Shown here: piece after piece, positions 9,189 to 17,028 of the stretch
Layout: each line of letters starts with the position of its first letter
Position numbering within the stretch: the stretch's first letter is position 1
Assembly: GCA_963662715.1 (NCBI GenBank)
Contig: OY759724.1
Span: forward strand, 420,001 to 452,000
Reading direction: 5' to 3'
DNA length: 32,000 nucleotides
Source of the DNA: Candidatus Omnitrophota bacterium
Lineage (GTDB): Bacteria; Omnitrophota; Gorgyraeia; Zapsychrales; JANLHA01
The notes under the pieces: generated by a model
Database searches by the model: none
Told to the model about the DNA's origin: nothing
The model's input: only the letters and a program-made list of their open reading frames with translations
Position numbers and translations under genes: made by a program

Positions 9189-9435
9189 ACCAGCCTCCTC
9201 TCCTTCAGCTAAAAAACCATTTTCCGGTAAGAAATTGCTCTTATTATACAGGCTCTCTTCTGTGAGGGGAAGCCCTATTTTTATTTTCCTTCATACGGTG
9301 AAGGGCGGACAGTATTTTTTGACTCAATCATTGAAAAACGGTTCTTTTATATTAGAATAAACACATAATATAAAGCCGTTTTTCAGAAAAACTGAACAGC
9401 CCTGAAAAAAATTTCAACACATTCTCATCCCAAGG

Positions 9436-9924
9436 ATGACGCAAGTCCTTGAATCATTGTCCATGTTCCCAGACACAGGAAAAAAGAAAAATTTTTCTTG
9501 TATGACTTTGCCACAAATATGCTTCCTGCTCCTGTGTGCCTCTGTCATCCTGATTAATACCACCCGCTATTACAAAAAATACAAAAAAACCCAAAAACTC
9601 AGGAAAACGTTCCCTTATACATTCCCGGGCTTCAAATTTTCCGGCCTTGCTGACCTCCTGAAGAATTCTCAGTATGTCGGATATCTGACAGATAAAGATC
9701 CCGATGACCCGCAACAGGCCATGCAGTTTGCTCAAGCACAATTTGTCTTAGCCCCGGTCATTCTTGACAGAAACATTGTCCAGCACGAATATATTCTGTT
9801 CGATTATTCCGATACCGCCGCTGCCTGGCAGCTCATTAAAAAACAAGGACTGCAGCCGGTACGGAGGAATCAATTGGGAATCATTTTAGTTAAAAACCCT
9901 CAGGCTCTGAAAGTATTTGATTAA
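9436..9924 (+). CDS. hypothetical membrane-anchored protein
   Basis: 162-aa ORF with one TM helix (ICFLLLCASVILI) followed by a basic stretch. Its stop lies 4 nt before the next gene's ATG. The start is uncertain; M23 is an alternative. Confidence 0.5.
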   Translation: MTQVLESLSMFPDTGKKKNFSCMTLPQICFLLLCASVILINTTRYYKKYKKTQKLRKTFPYTFPGFKFSGLADLLKNSQYVGYLTDKDPDDPQQAMQFAQAQFVLAPVILDRNIVQHEYILFDYSDTAAAWQLIKKQGLQPVRRNQLGIILVKNPQALKVFD

Positions 9925-9928
9925 AACC

Positions 9929-11311
9929 ATGTCCTTTTTTATCTGGATTCCATATTTTATTTCCTTGCTCACGGGATTTTGCTTAATCTCTCTGCTGATC
10001 CCGATCAAAAGCAGCCGCGATATTCCGGTCGGCCTGTTTCTTTCAGCCGGCCTGGGACTGGGGATAAGCTCCTTCATCGTATTTGCCTGTTACCTGATCG
10101 TCCGGCAGTTTCATCAGACTTTTATCATCTCGGTTCACCTGGGATGTCTCCTTTTGCTTCTCTATCTTTACAACAAGAAAAACCTCTCTTTGCCGAAAAT
10201 CCCCGCCAAAGAAACCGCCCAAATCAGCACGGCCGCAGGTCTGCTTACGGCCGCCCTCATTCCTGCCGGACTCCTCGGACGCTTTTATCCGTTAGGAGGC
10301 TGGGACGCGTGGCAGGTGTGGAATTTCAAGGCCAAATGCCTCTTGCTCGGAGGGACACACTGGCAGAATATGCTGCAGCCTTCCCTGTGGCAAACCAGCC
10401 CTCACTATCCTCTTCTGCTGCCGTTCATAAATGTCTGGGGATGGATTCTGCAGGAAAACACGCCGCCGCTAACACCATTTTTCACCGCCCTCATCTTTAC
10501 GGGGATAACAGCGGGACTTCTCTGGGCTATCTTATACTCATTTAATCTATCGCTTTTCCTGGCCCTGATCCCCCCCCTGATACTGCTCTCTCTTCCTTTT
10601 TTCATCACGATAGCAACCAGCCAATACGCTGATATCCTTATCTGCTACTATATGCTGGCCAGCTTATTCTGCCTTCTCAAAATGCAGGAGGCCCGAAACC
10701 CGGGATACCGTATCTTATCAGCCCTGTTCCTGGGCATGCTCGCTTTCTGCAAACCCGAGGGAACCGTCCTCGCCTTTATAGCTGCCATCTTCGCATGTGT
10801 TATTTTGACTTTCCTGCCCTCCGGCCCCGGCAGGAGCATAAGCGGCCGGCTCAAACAGGGCGTCGCTCTTCTGGCCCTTCTCTTTCTGGCGCTGCTTCCC
10901 ACGATCATCTTTAACATCTTCTTCTCACCGGGGAATCAGACCTTCATAAACGGGCTGTCATCCGGGGATCACCCGTCAACCCTTTTCAGGGCAAAAATGA
11001 TATCCGCTTTTCTCTGGGTCGAGCTGAAAAGCGCCAAATGGGGAGGCGTTTGGCTGCTGATTCTGACAGGGATGTTCTTGGGATGTAAAAGATGCTTCCG
11101 CAGAGATATCGTTCTTATGCCGCTTATCCTTTTTTCCTACCTTATAACCGTTCTGTTTTACTACTTTCTAAATACATATTTTAAAATCGACTGGTGGCTG
11201 CAGGTCTCTCTTCACCGCATCCTGCTTTCCCTGCTCCCGGCTTTACTCTGCTGGACATTCATATCGCTGTTTACAAAAAAAGAAGGGCAGGAATATATCC
11301 CTACCCTCTGA
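9929..11311 (+). CDS. polytopic membrane protein, GT-C-fold glycosyltransferase-like (ArnT/PMT/GT39-like)
   Basis: 460 aa from the ATG at 9929; the track ORF begins at a TTG at 9917. It has 10 or more hydrophobic helices and an early loop GGWDAWQVW...SPHYPLLLP resembling the acidic first periplasmic loop of GT-C enzymes. Confidence 0.6.
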   Translation: MSFFIWIPYFISLLTGFCLISLLIPIKSSRDIPVGLFLSAGLGLGISSFIVFACYLIVRQFHQTFIISVHLGCLLLLLYLYNKKNLSLPKIPAKETAQISTAAGLLTAALIPAGLLGRFYPLGGWDAWQVWNFKAKCLLLGGTHWQNMLQPSLWQTSPHYPLLLPFINVWGWILQENTPPLTPFFTALIFTGITAGLLWAILYSFNLSLFLALIPPLILLSLPFFITIATSQYADILICYYMLASLFCLLKMQEARNPGYRILSALFLGMLAFCKPEGTVLAFIAAIFACVILTFLPSGPGRSISGRLKQGVALLALLFLALLPTIIFNIFFSPGNQTFINGLSSGDHPSTLFRAKMISAFLWVELKSAKWGGVWLLILTGMFLGCKRCFRRDIVLMPLILFSYLITVLFYYFLNTYFKIDWWLQVSLHRILLSLLPALLCWTFISLFTKKEGQEYIPTL

Positions 11312-11319
11312 ATTACGGG

Positions 11320-11346
11320 ACAAAAAAGCCGTCCCACTTCCGGCAC
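11320..11346 (-). terminator. weak intrinsic terminator after greA
   Basis: Minus strand: GCCG-GAAGUGGGA-CGGC followed by UUUUUUGU. It sits in the convergent gap between the + operon and greA. Confidence 0.35.
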
Positions 11347-11363
11347 GCCCTGTTCACAGATAA

Positions 11364-11840
11364 TTACGGACGCTCTATTTTAAGAATCTTATACTTCAAG
11401 GTTCCGGCGGGAACTTGAATAACCACTTCCTCAGACACGGCTTTTCCCAGCAGCCCTTTTCCCACAGGAGAAAAAATTGACAACCTGTTCTCTTCGTAAT
11501 TGGCTTCTTCCGGAGAGACCATCATATATTGCAACTCTTCCTCAGTGTCTAGGTCCTGCAGAGTCACAACGGCCCCGACATACACTTTATCTGCCGAAAT
11601 ATTCTGATCTTCAATGATGCGGACATTGGCAAGCTTGGATTCTAATTCCGCTATCCTTGCCTCACAGTGAGCTTGAGCCTCTTTGGCAGCATCATATTCG
11701 GCATTTTCCGATAAGTCTCCCTGAAGACGGGCCTCTCCGATGGCCTGAGATATTTTTCTTCGCTCTACGTTCTTAAGTTGATCCAACTCCTGAATGAGTC
11801 TTTCGTAACCGGCTTTCGTTAAGTAAACTTCCTGAGACAT
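11364..11840 (-). CDS. greA: transcription elongation factor GreA
   Basis: 158 aa from the ATG at 11840 (SD GGAGGA 6 nt upstream; the longer track ORF starts inside the SD). Motifs LTKAGYERL...GDLSENAEYDAAKE and a C-terminal FKBP-like domain. Confidence 0.92.
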   Translation of the reverse strand: MSQEVYLTKAGYERLIQELDQLKNVERRKISQAIGEARLQGDLSENAEYDAAKEAQAHCEARIAELESKLANVRIIEDQNISADKVYVGAVVTLQDLDTEEELQYMMVSPEEANYEENRLSIFSPVGKGLLGKAVSEEVVIQVPAGTLKYKILKIERP

Positions 11841-11934
11841 AACAAATCCTCCATCCAACAGTCTTTCCGCTTAGTTTCCATACTCTTTACCGGGATGTCT
11901 GCTGCTGAGCATAAGCCCCGGCCCGCAGACATTA

Positions 11935-12168
11935 TTACATATTCTCCACGGCCTTCATCATCACCGGAATAATTTCCTGGATTTCCTCTTTGGTCATCCG
12001 ACCCAGTTTTTGAAAACGCCACTCATCATTTTGTGCTCTGGTTTCCCTTGATAACTGCAGCTTCTTTGTCCCGCCGTTATAAGAAAAAACTCCCACCGTC
12101 ACTCGGGTATCACCGAACTCTTTAACTTCTTTAAATGTCTCAACATCTAAAGATTTGTCATAAGGCAT
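11935..12168 (-). CDS. small PC4/YdbC-like putative ssDNA-binding protein
   Basis: 77-aa ORF with strong SD AAGGAGGAG. The pattern VFSYNGGTKKLQLSRE...EWRFQKLGRMTKEE resembles my recollection of bacterial YdbC (PC4 fold). Not verified. Confidence 0.5.
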   Translation of the reverse strand: MPYDKSLDVETFKEVKEFGDTRVTVGVFSYNGGTKKLQLSRETRAQNDEWRFQKLGRMTKEEIQEIIPVMMKAVENM

Positions 12169-12274
12169 TGTCTCCTCCTTTGGTTCCTTGCGATCCTGCT
12201 TTTTTCTCTTGTTCGTTACTGGTTTTTATCCTGAAATCCTCAATGGTCCCGGCCTCGGGTTTTCGATGAGACTG

Positions 12275-12556
12275 TTACATGCCCGGCATAAATGACGACA
12301 TCTTCTGCGCCGCGAGGCTCTGAGACTTTTTAATCGCCGCATTAATGCTGCGCGTCAGATCGGATTCCATGCGCGCTTTATTGTCTTTATTGAGCAAATC
12401 CTCATCGATTTCGATGGAACGGAAATTCTGTGACCCGGTTACCGTAATTTTGATGCCCTTCACTTCTTCGACATCCACACACATGCCGTCCAATTCCTTT
12501 TTTATGGCATCGGCCTGTCTTTTCATTTCCATAAGCTGCTTCATCTTGTCAAACAT
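12275..12556 (-). CDS. ybaB: nucleoid-associated protein YbaB/EbfC
   Basis: 93 aa from the ATG at 12556 (SD AAGGAGA 5 nt upstream). MFDKMKQLMEMKRQADAIKKEL...VTGSQNFRSIEID is the typical YbaB layout. Confidence 0.88.
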   Translation of the reverse strand: MFDKMKQLMEMKRQADAIKKELDGMCVDVEEVKGIKITVTGSQNFRSIEIDEDLLNKDNKARMESDLTRSINAAIKKSQSLAAQKMSSFMPGM

Positions 12557-12595
12557 GAATTTCTCCTTTTTTATCCTCACATGGCTGTTAAGTTA

Positions 12596-12624
12596 ATCTT
12601 TGCCATTTATACTCTAAAAAAATA
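12596..12624 (-). promoter_or_regulatory. candidate sigma70-type promoter (TTGCAA-17-TATAAA) upstream of ybaB
   Basis: On the minus strand the -35 is at 12624-12619 and the -10 at 12601-12596, with a 17-nt spacer, about 40 nt upstream of the ybaB ATG. Confidence 0.4.
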
Positions 12625-12650
12625 TATTTTGCAAGACTTAAAGAAAAACT

Positions 12651-12950
12651 CTACATTTTCATCCTGGCGGCTATATCCATCAGTGTCTGGACAACAAAGG
12701 ACTGCAGGAACATAATGATCAACAAGGCCAGGAACGGAGAAAAGTCAACCATCATCGTCACCGGCATCAGCCGCCGGATCGGCTGCAGAATCGGCTCTGT
12801 CGTTTGAATCAGGAACTGGACAATCGGGTTATAAGGACTGGGGCTTACCCAGCTGATTAAAGCGCGCACAATGATCAGGAACATGATTAACGATAAGATC
12901 ATATTAAAAATTTGAGCGATCGCAGAAATAAAATTTCCTAACACAAACAT
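12651..12950 (-). CDS. yggT: YggT-family membrane protein
   Basis: 99-aa ORF. IVRALISWVSP...PILQPIRRLMP is the YggT signature arrangement, with 2-3 TM helices. Confidence 0.8.
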   Translation of the reverse strand: MFVLGNFISAIAQIFNMILSLIMFLIIVRALISWVSPSPYNPIVQFLIQTTEPILQPIRRLMPVTMMVDFSPFLALLIIMFLQSFVVQTLMDIAARMKM

Positions 12951-13049
12951 AATCCATCTCCTTCTTTTTTAGGGCACGGCTCCTTCACCTGACGGGAAAG
13001 GGGCGCGGCCCAAAAATTTTTCCGGGACCAGGCACAGGATTATTAACGG

Positions 13050-13643
13050 TTAAAACAATTTAAACAAATCCCCGTCAATGATTCTCTGTTCAATACGATT
13101 CAGTAGACGGCGAACCGTAATGGAGAAATCACGGACATCCTGTGTCAGGGCATCTATCGTCTTTGACGTTTCCGACAATGAACTCGCGGCGGCGCCGAAC
13201 GTTTCGGCCAAGTCCTGCACATCCAGGGGATCAACCCCGATAACAGGTTGGGACAAATCCCTCCGGTAATAGTCCGGCCGGGTCGTAATCTCCAGAACCT
13301 TTTCTCCTATAACGCCTTCAGTAATAACGACAAAACGGATACTTTTACGCAGCTGTCTTTGATAGCGTTTGTATAAACTCAACGTGACTTTAACGCCACG
13401 GCCTTCCACTTCTTTATCCAAAAAATCAATATTCGACACGGTCCCCACGGTCACCCCGGAGACCCGGACAGGAGCCCCCTCGACCAAACCGCCTATCTTG
13501 CGGAATAAAACAACCATCTCGAATTTCGGCTCGGTAAAACCTTTTTCCACTCCAATAACAAAAACGGCCCCCACAATCAGAGCCAGCCCCAGGAGGAAGA
13601 AGACGGCCGCTGCCATTTTTTTTAAAAAATAATTGTTTTCCAT
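13050..13643 (-). CDS. mlaD: MCE-domain protein, MlaD-like
   Basis: 197-aa ORF with an N-terminal TM anchor, an MCE core (GLVEGAPVRVSGVTVGTVSNI) and a helical C-terminus. It follows mlaF. Confidence 0.8.
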   Translation of the reverse strand: MENNYFLKKMAAAVFFLLGLALIVGAVFVIGVEKGFTEPKFEMVVLFRKIGGLVEGAPVRVSGVTVGTVSNIDFLDKEVEGRGVKVTLSLYKRYQRQLRKSIRFVVITEGVIGEKVLEITTRPDYYRRDLSQPVIGVDPLDVQDLAETFGAAASSLSETSKTIDALTQDVRDFSITVRRLLNRIEQRIIDGDLFKLF

Positions 13644-13692
13644 AATCCCCTCCGAAAATTTATTGTATCACGACGGAGCAGCGCCTGTGAGA

Positions 13693-14409
13693 TCAGGCAA
13701 AAAACTCCTTAATGAACGAATCGGAAGACATCTGCATATCATCCGGAGTTCCCGCAGCGACAATGCGCCCCTGCCGGATAAGAATCATGCGATCTGCGAT
13801 CCTTAAAGCATTATCCATATCGTGCGAAGTAATGATTGTCGTGCAGCGCAGTTCTCTGGCGATATTCCGTATTAAATCCGAAATCTCCCTGCTTTTAATG
13901 GGATCGAGGCCGGACGTCGGTTCATCACACAACAATATCTTCGAACCAAGGATAACCGAACGGGCTAAAGCAGCACGTTTGTTCATGCCTCCGCTCAACT
14001 CCGGCGGGAATTTGTCCAAAGCCGTTGTCAGCCCCACCAGATCCAATATTCTTCGCACTTTTTCTTTAATGACTTTCCGGTTCAAAGACGTGTGTTCTTT
14101 AAGAGGAAACGCCACGTTCTCATAAACCGTCATGAAATCATATAAAGCCCCTTCTTGAAACAAGTATCCTATGCCTTTGCGGATTTTCAGCAGGTCTTTT
14201 TCCGCAAGCGGCACAATATTCCGGCCGTTGATCTTTATGACGCCTTTGTCAGGTTTTAAAATCCCGATCAAATGTTTCAGCAAAACACTTTTTCCTGAAC
14301 CGCTCTCCCCCAAGATGACTAAAATTTCCCCTTCCGGGACGCAAAAATCAATATTTTCCAATATCTGCTGGCCGTGAAAACTTTTATAAAGCTGTTCAAC
14401 CCTAATCAT
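13693..14409 (-). CDS. mlaF: ABC transporter ATP-binding protein, MlaF-like
   Basis: 238 aa from the ATG at 14409. Walker A GESGSGKS, signature LSGGMNKR, Walker B ILLCDEPTSGLD. The start overlaps the upstream lipoprotein stop (ATGATTAG). Confidence 0.88.
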   Translation of the reverse strand: MIRVEQLYKSFHGQQILENIDFCVPEGEILVILGESGSGKSVLLKHLIGILKPDKGVIKINGRNIVPLAEKDLLKIRKGIGYLFQEGALYDFMTVYENVAFPLKEHTSLNRKVIKEKVRRILDLVGLTTALDKFPPELSGGMNKRAALARSVILGSKILLCDEPTSGLDPIKSREISDLIRNIARELRCTTIITSHDMDNALRIADRMILIRQGRIVAAGTPDDMQMSSDSFIKEFFA

Positions 14410-14749
14410 TCTGAACGTGTCTCTTGAAAATCCTGAACTTGTTTTCTCCGAACTTCGAATACAGGACGCGGAACGGCCGGACATCAACTTTATCGACAAA
14501 GACCTGCACCCCCTGACATTCCCCGATCAAAAGGACTTCCGAGTCAAGCAACACATCTACGGCATCCTGGGGATACCACAAATCCCCCTCAAACTCCATC
14601 GGCTCACCGTCCCTGATCCATTGAGCTTCCTTCGAAGGAACCTGATAAACAGACAGCTGTCCGACATTTCCTTTAACATGAGATGAACACCCCGCCGCAG
14701 AACAGAACAGGACAAGAGAAAAAAACAGCAGAAGAAATTTTCTCACCAC
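14402..14749 (-). CDS. small lipoprotein of unknown function embedded in the mla operon
   Basis: About 115 aa from a GTG at 14749, 9 nt after AAGGAGG. Signal peptide and lipobox VRKFLLLFFSLVLFCSAAGC. The longer track ORF (to 14914) would overlap mlaE by 148 nt and is unlikely. Confidence 0.55.
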   Translation of the reverse strand: MVRKFLLLFFSLVLFCSAAGCSSHVKGNVGQLSVYQVPSKEAQWIRDGEPMEFEGDLWYPQDAVDVLLDSEVLLIGECQGVQVFVDKVDVRPFRVLYSKFGENKFRIFKRHVQND

Positions 14750-14766
14750 GTCAACGGCCCTCCTTA

Positions 14767-15540
14767 TCAGCCCCACAAGGCTAAAATAATTTTTGTTAAG
14801 ACCGTGTTGGATAAAACAACATACATGTACGATAAGGCCACGGCTTTGGTTGTATACCGTCCTACCCCTAAAGACCCGCCTTTTGTTTGATATCCGGCAT
14901 AACAGCAAATCCACGAAATGATAACCGCAAAAAACACTGTTTTAATAAGACCGCTAAAAAAATCGGCAAAATTCACCGCAATAAGTGTCTGGTGAATGTA
15001 CGTGGCGCTGGGGATATTCGCGTCCAGCACACCGATAGTAAATCCGCCGATAATACCGACCACTTCAGAAAAAACAACCAGTATCGGAAGCACGATCATA
15101 CAGGCGACCATACGCGGCAGGACTAAAAATTCCAAAGGATCGACCCCCAGGGTCCTGGTAGCAAGAATCTGATCGTTCACATTCATCGTCCCCAGCTCCG
15201 CCGCCATCCTTGCCCCGGCCTTCCCGGAGAAAATAAAAGACGTGAATACCGGACTGAGCTCCCGGACCAGAGACAAGGCGACCAAATGGGCCACGAACTC
15301 CTTGGCTCCGAAACGGTTCAGCATCACATACCCCTGCAGGGCCAGGACGGCCCCCGAAGCAAACGACGTCATTCCGACGATAACAACAGACTGGAGGCCT
15401 TGTTCATAAACTTGCTTAAAAACTTCACCCCATCTGATACGTCCCGCCAGGACATGAGAAAAAACGTCTCCCAAAAAAAATAACGCGTTGCCCGTTTCAA
15501 GCAAAAAAGTGATGAAGGCATTAAATACTCTTACGATCAT
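14767..15540 (-). CDS. mlaE: ABC transporter permease, MlaE-like
   Basis: 257-aa polytopic ORF, the usual size and layout of MlaE/Ttg2B permeases, adjacent to mlaF and mlaD. Confidence 0.85.
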   Translation of the reverse strand: MIVRVFNAFITFLLETGNALFFLGDVFSHVLAGRIRWGEVFKQVYEQGLQSVVIVGMTSFASGAVLALQGYVMLNRFGAKEFVAHLVALSLVRELSPVFTSFIFSGKAGARMAAELGTMNVNDQILATRTLGVDPLEFLVLPRMVACMIVLPILVVFSEVVGIIGGFTIGVLDANIPSATYIHQTLIAVNFADFFSGLIKTVFFAVIISWICCYAGYQTKGGSLGVGRYTTKAVALSYMYVVLSNTVLTKIILALWG

Positions 15541-16036
15541 TCGTATTTATATCCCGATTTAACCAAATGTCCATCAATTCGTCGTTTATACGGACTTCAA
15601 CGGATTTGGGAATATGTTTACCGGCTTTCTTACCGGGCTTGCCTGGCCGGTCCGGGGCTTTTAAGCGCGACGGCCAGAATTCACGGACATTTAAAATACG
15701 TGCCCCTAAGGACCTCACATAATATTGAATGGCCCTGTCGTTCGTGACAACAACGATGGCTTTTTTATTCCTGGCCCGGCTGACAATATTTTTGATGACG
15801 TCATCTGCCGTCTGCCCGCTTGAAAAAACGACGTGAACAGGTCCGCTGTTGTGAAACGGCCCGGCCCCGGGCTGCCCGTCAAAAACAACCGTGACTTTAT
15901 TCTTAACACTGCCCTGCGGCCGTTGATTTTCCAGTATGCGGACAAATTTGTTCCGGCCGTTTTCCAATGACAAATCAGCCAAATCATTATCATTCTTAAT
16001 GATATTATATCCGTCCAGAATAAAATGTAGAGCCAT
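15521..16036 (-). CDS. NYN-domain protein, YacP/Rae1-like putative ribonuclease
   Basis: 171-aa ORF. Motifs LDGYNII, VTVVFDG, QTADDVI and VVVTNDRAIQ match the YacP pattern. 20-nt overlap with mlaE. Confidence 0.72.
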   Translation of the reverse strand: MALHFILDGYNIIKNDNDLADLSLENGRNKFVRILENQRPQGSVKNKVTVVFDGQPGAGPFHNSGPVHVVFSSGQTADDVIKNIVSRARNKKAIVVVTNDRAIQYYVRSLGARILNVREFWPSRLKAPDRPGKPGKKAGKHIPKSVEVRINDELMDIWLNRDINTNDRKSI

Positions 16037-16044
16037 TATGTGAT

Positions 16045-17028
16045 TTAAGTTATTTCTGCGGTTGCGACTGTCTCCTCGGCAACAGGATCCTTCGTTACAG
16101 CATAAAGCAAGCCACCCAAAAGTCCGCCAATGATCATTAAGAGATAATTCATGAGACTGATGCTCACCGCGATCCCCGGCTCCACTCCGACCTTTGCAAA
16201 GAGGTAAACCGCAGCCGCTTCACGGGCGCCCAGGCCTCCGACGGATGGGAACGAAGACGCGAAACACGTAAAAGGCACAAAAATAAAAAAGTAAAGAAGC
16301 GGGATATCTTGATGAAGACTTTTCGCCAGAATGAACCAGACCAAAGACAAAGAAGAATGCGCTACCGAAGAAACGAGGATTCCCTTGACGATGGTTCCTT
16401 TTCGGTCTTTTAGCAAAACAATATCATAATGAACATTCATAAGACCTCTTTGTAAGCGAGGGAAAATCTGAAAAGCCCGGCAGCAAAATGAATAGATGCG
16501 TTCATTGAACATGATGAAGGCGATAAAGCCCGACACTCCGGCAATCGTAAAAATGATCGCGAGCAGGGAATTGTCCTGAAGAAGATGGTAGCCGGCACAA
16601 AAAGCAACCGTAGAGACCGTCACCATCGAGGCAAAGCCGCTTAGCCGGTCGAGGATGACCGAGGCAACAACCTTCGCTTTCCCGGAACGTTTGTGGCAAA
16701 GCCCCATCGTTTTTATCACGTCTCCCCCGATAGCGCTGGGAAGGAACAAATTCCCGAAAAGTCCTATAGAGAAATACCGTGTAATACTGAGAAAAGACGC
16801 ATCAATCTTTAAAGCCTTCACATAAAGCATCCACCGGAAAAGGATGATAACATTAATCAAAATAAAAATGATCAGCGACAATAGAATATAAAAAACGTTA
16901 GCAGACTGAATGATTTCTCTCGTCTTTTCCACGTCTATGTTGTTATAGAGGTAAATCAGCAGGATGCCGCTAATAAGGTACCGGCTCACGACATTGAATA
17001 AATTTTTTGTTTTCTCAGTCACGCCCAT
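16045..17028 (-). CDS. flippase-like / lysyl-PG-synthase-TM-type (UPF0104) membrane protein
   Basis: 327-aa polytopic ORF with the AIGGDVIKT motif typical of the LPG_synthase_TM family. 14-nt overlap with the lipA end. Confidence 0.65.
   Translation of the reverse strand: MGVTEKTKNLFNVVSRYLISGILLIYLYNNIDVEKTREIIQSANVFYILLSLIIFILINVIILFRWMLYVKALKIDASFLSITRYFSIGLFGNLFLPSAIGGDVIKTMGLCHKRSGKAKVVASVILDRLSGFASMVTVSTVAFCAGYHLLQDNSLLAIIFTIAGVSGFIAFIMFNERIYSFCCRAFQIFPRLQRGLMNVHYDIVLLKDRKGTIVKGILVSSVAHSSLSLVWFILAKSLHQDIPLLYFFIFVPFTCFASSFPSVGGLGAREAAAVYLFAKVGVEPGIAVSISLMNYLLMIIGGLLGGLLYAVTKDPVAEETVATAEIT

Noticed and set aside
9979-10545. 188-aa same-strand alternative-frame ORF inside the GT-C-like gene
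   Set aside because: The overlapping frame from 9929 encodes a coherent series of TM helices over 460 aa. The alternative frame is Pro/Arg/Ser-rich and lacks a start context.
14410-14499. 30-codon N-terminal extension of mlaF (similar extensions exist for greA at 11841-11858 and ybaB at 12557-12580)
   Set aside because: The internal ATGs have properly spaced SD sequences and give family-typical N-termini (MIRVEQLYKSF, MSQEVYLTKAGY, MFDKMKQL). The extensions overlap upstream genes or the SD itself.
14750-14914. N-terminal 55 codons of the track ORF 14402-14914, which would overlap mlaE by 148 nt
   Set aside because: That part has no signal-peptide logic and lies within mlaE coding sequence. 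A GTG with an AAGGAGG site immediately after the mlaE stop gives a clean lipoprotein precursor instead.
15521-16036. NYN-domain protein (and the HD protein at 4280-4894) as part of a toxin-antitoxin or phage-defence system
   Set aside because: The NYN protein matches the housekeeping YacP/Rae1 pattern and sits in a long housekeeping operon with no partner antitoxin. The HD protein is YfbR-like and coupled to rlmB. No other defence-type domains (nuclease/ATPase/RT/SIR2/TIR) were seen nearby.
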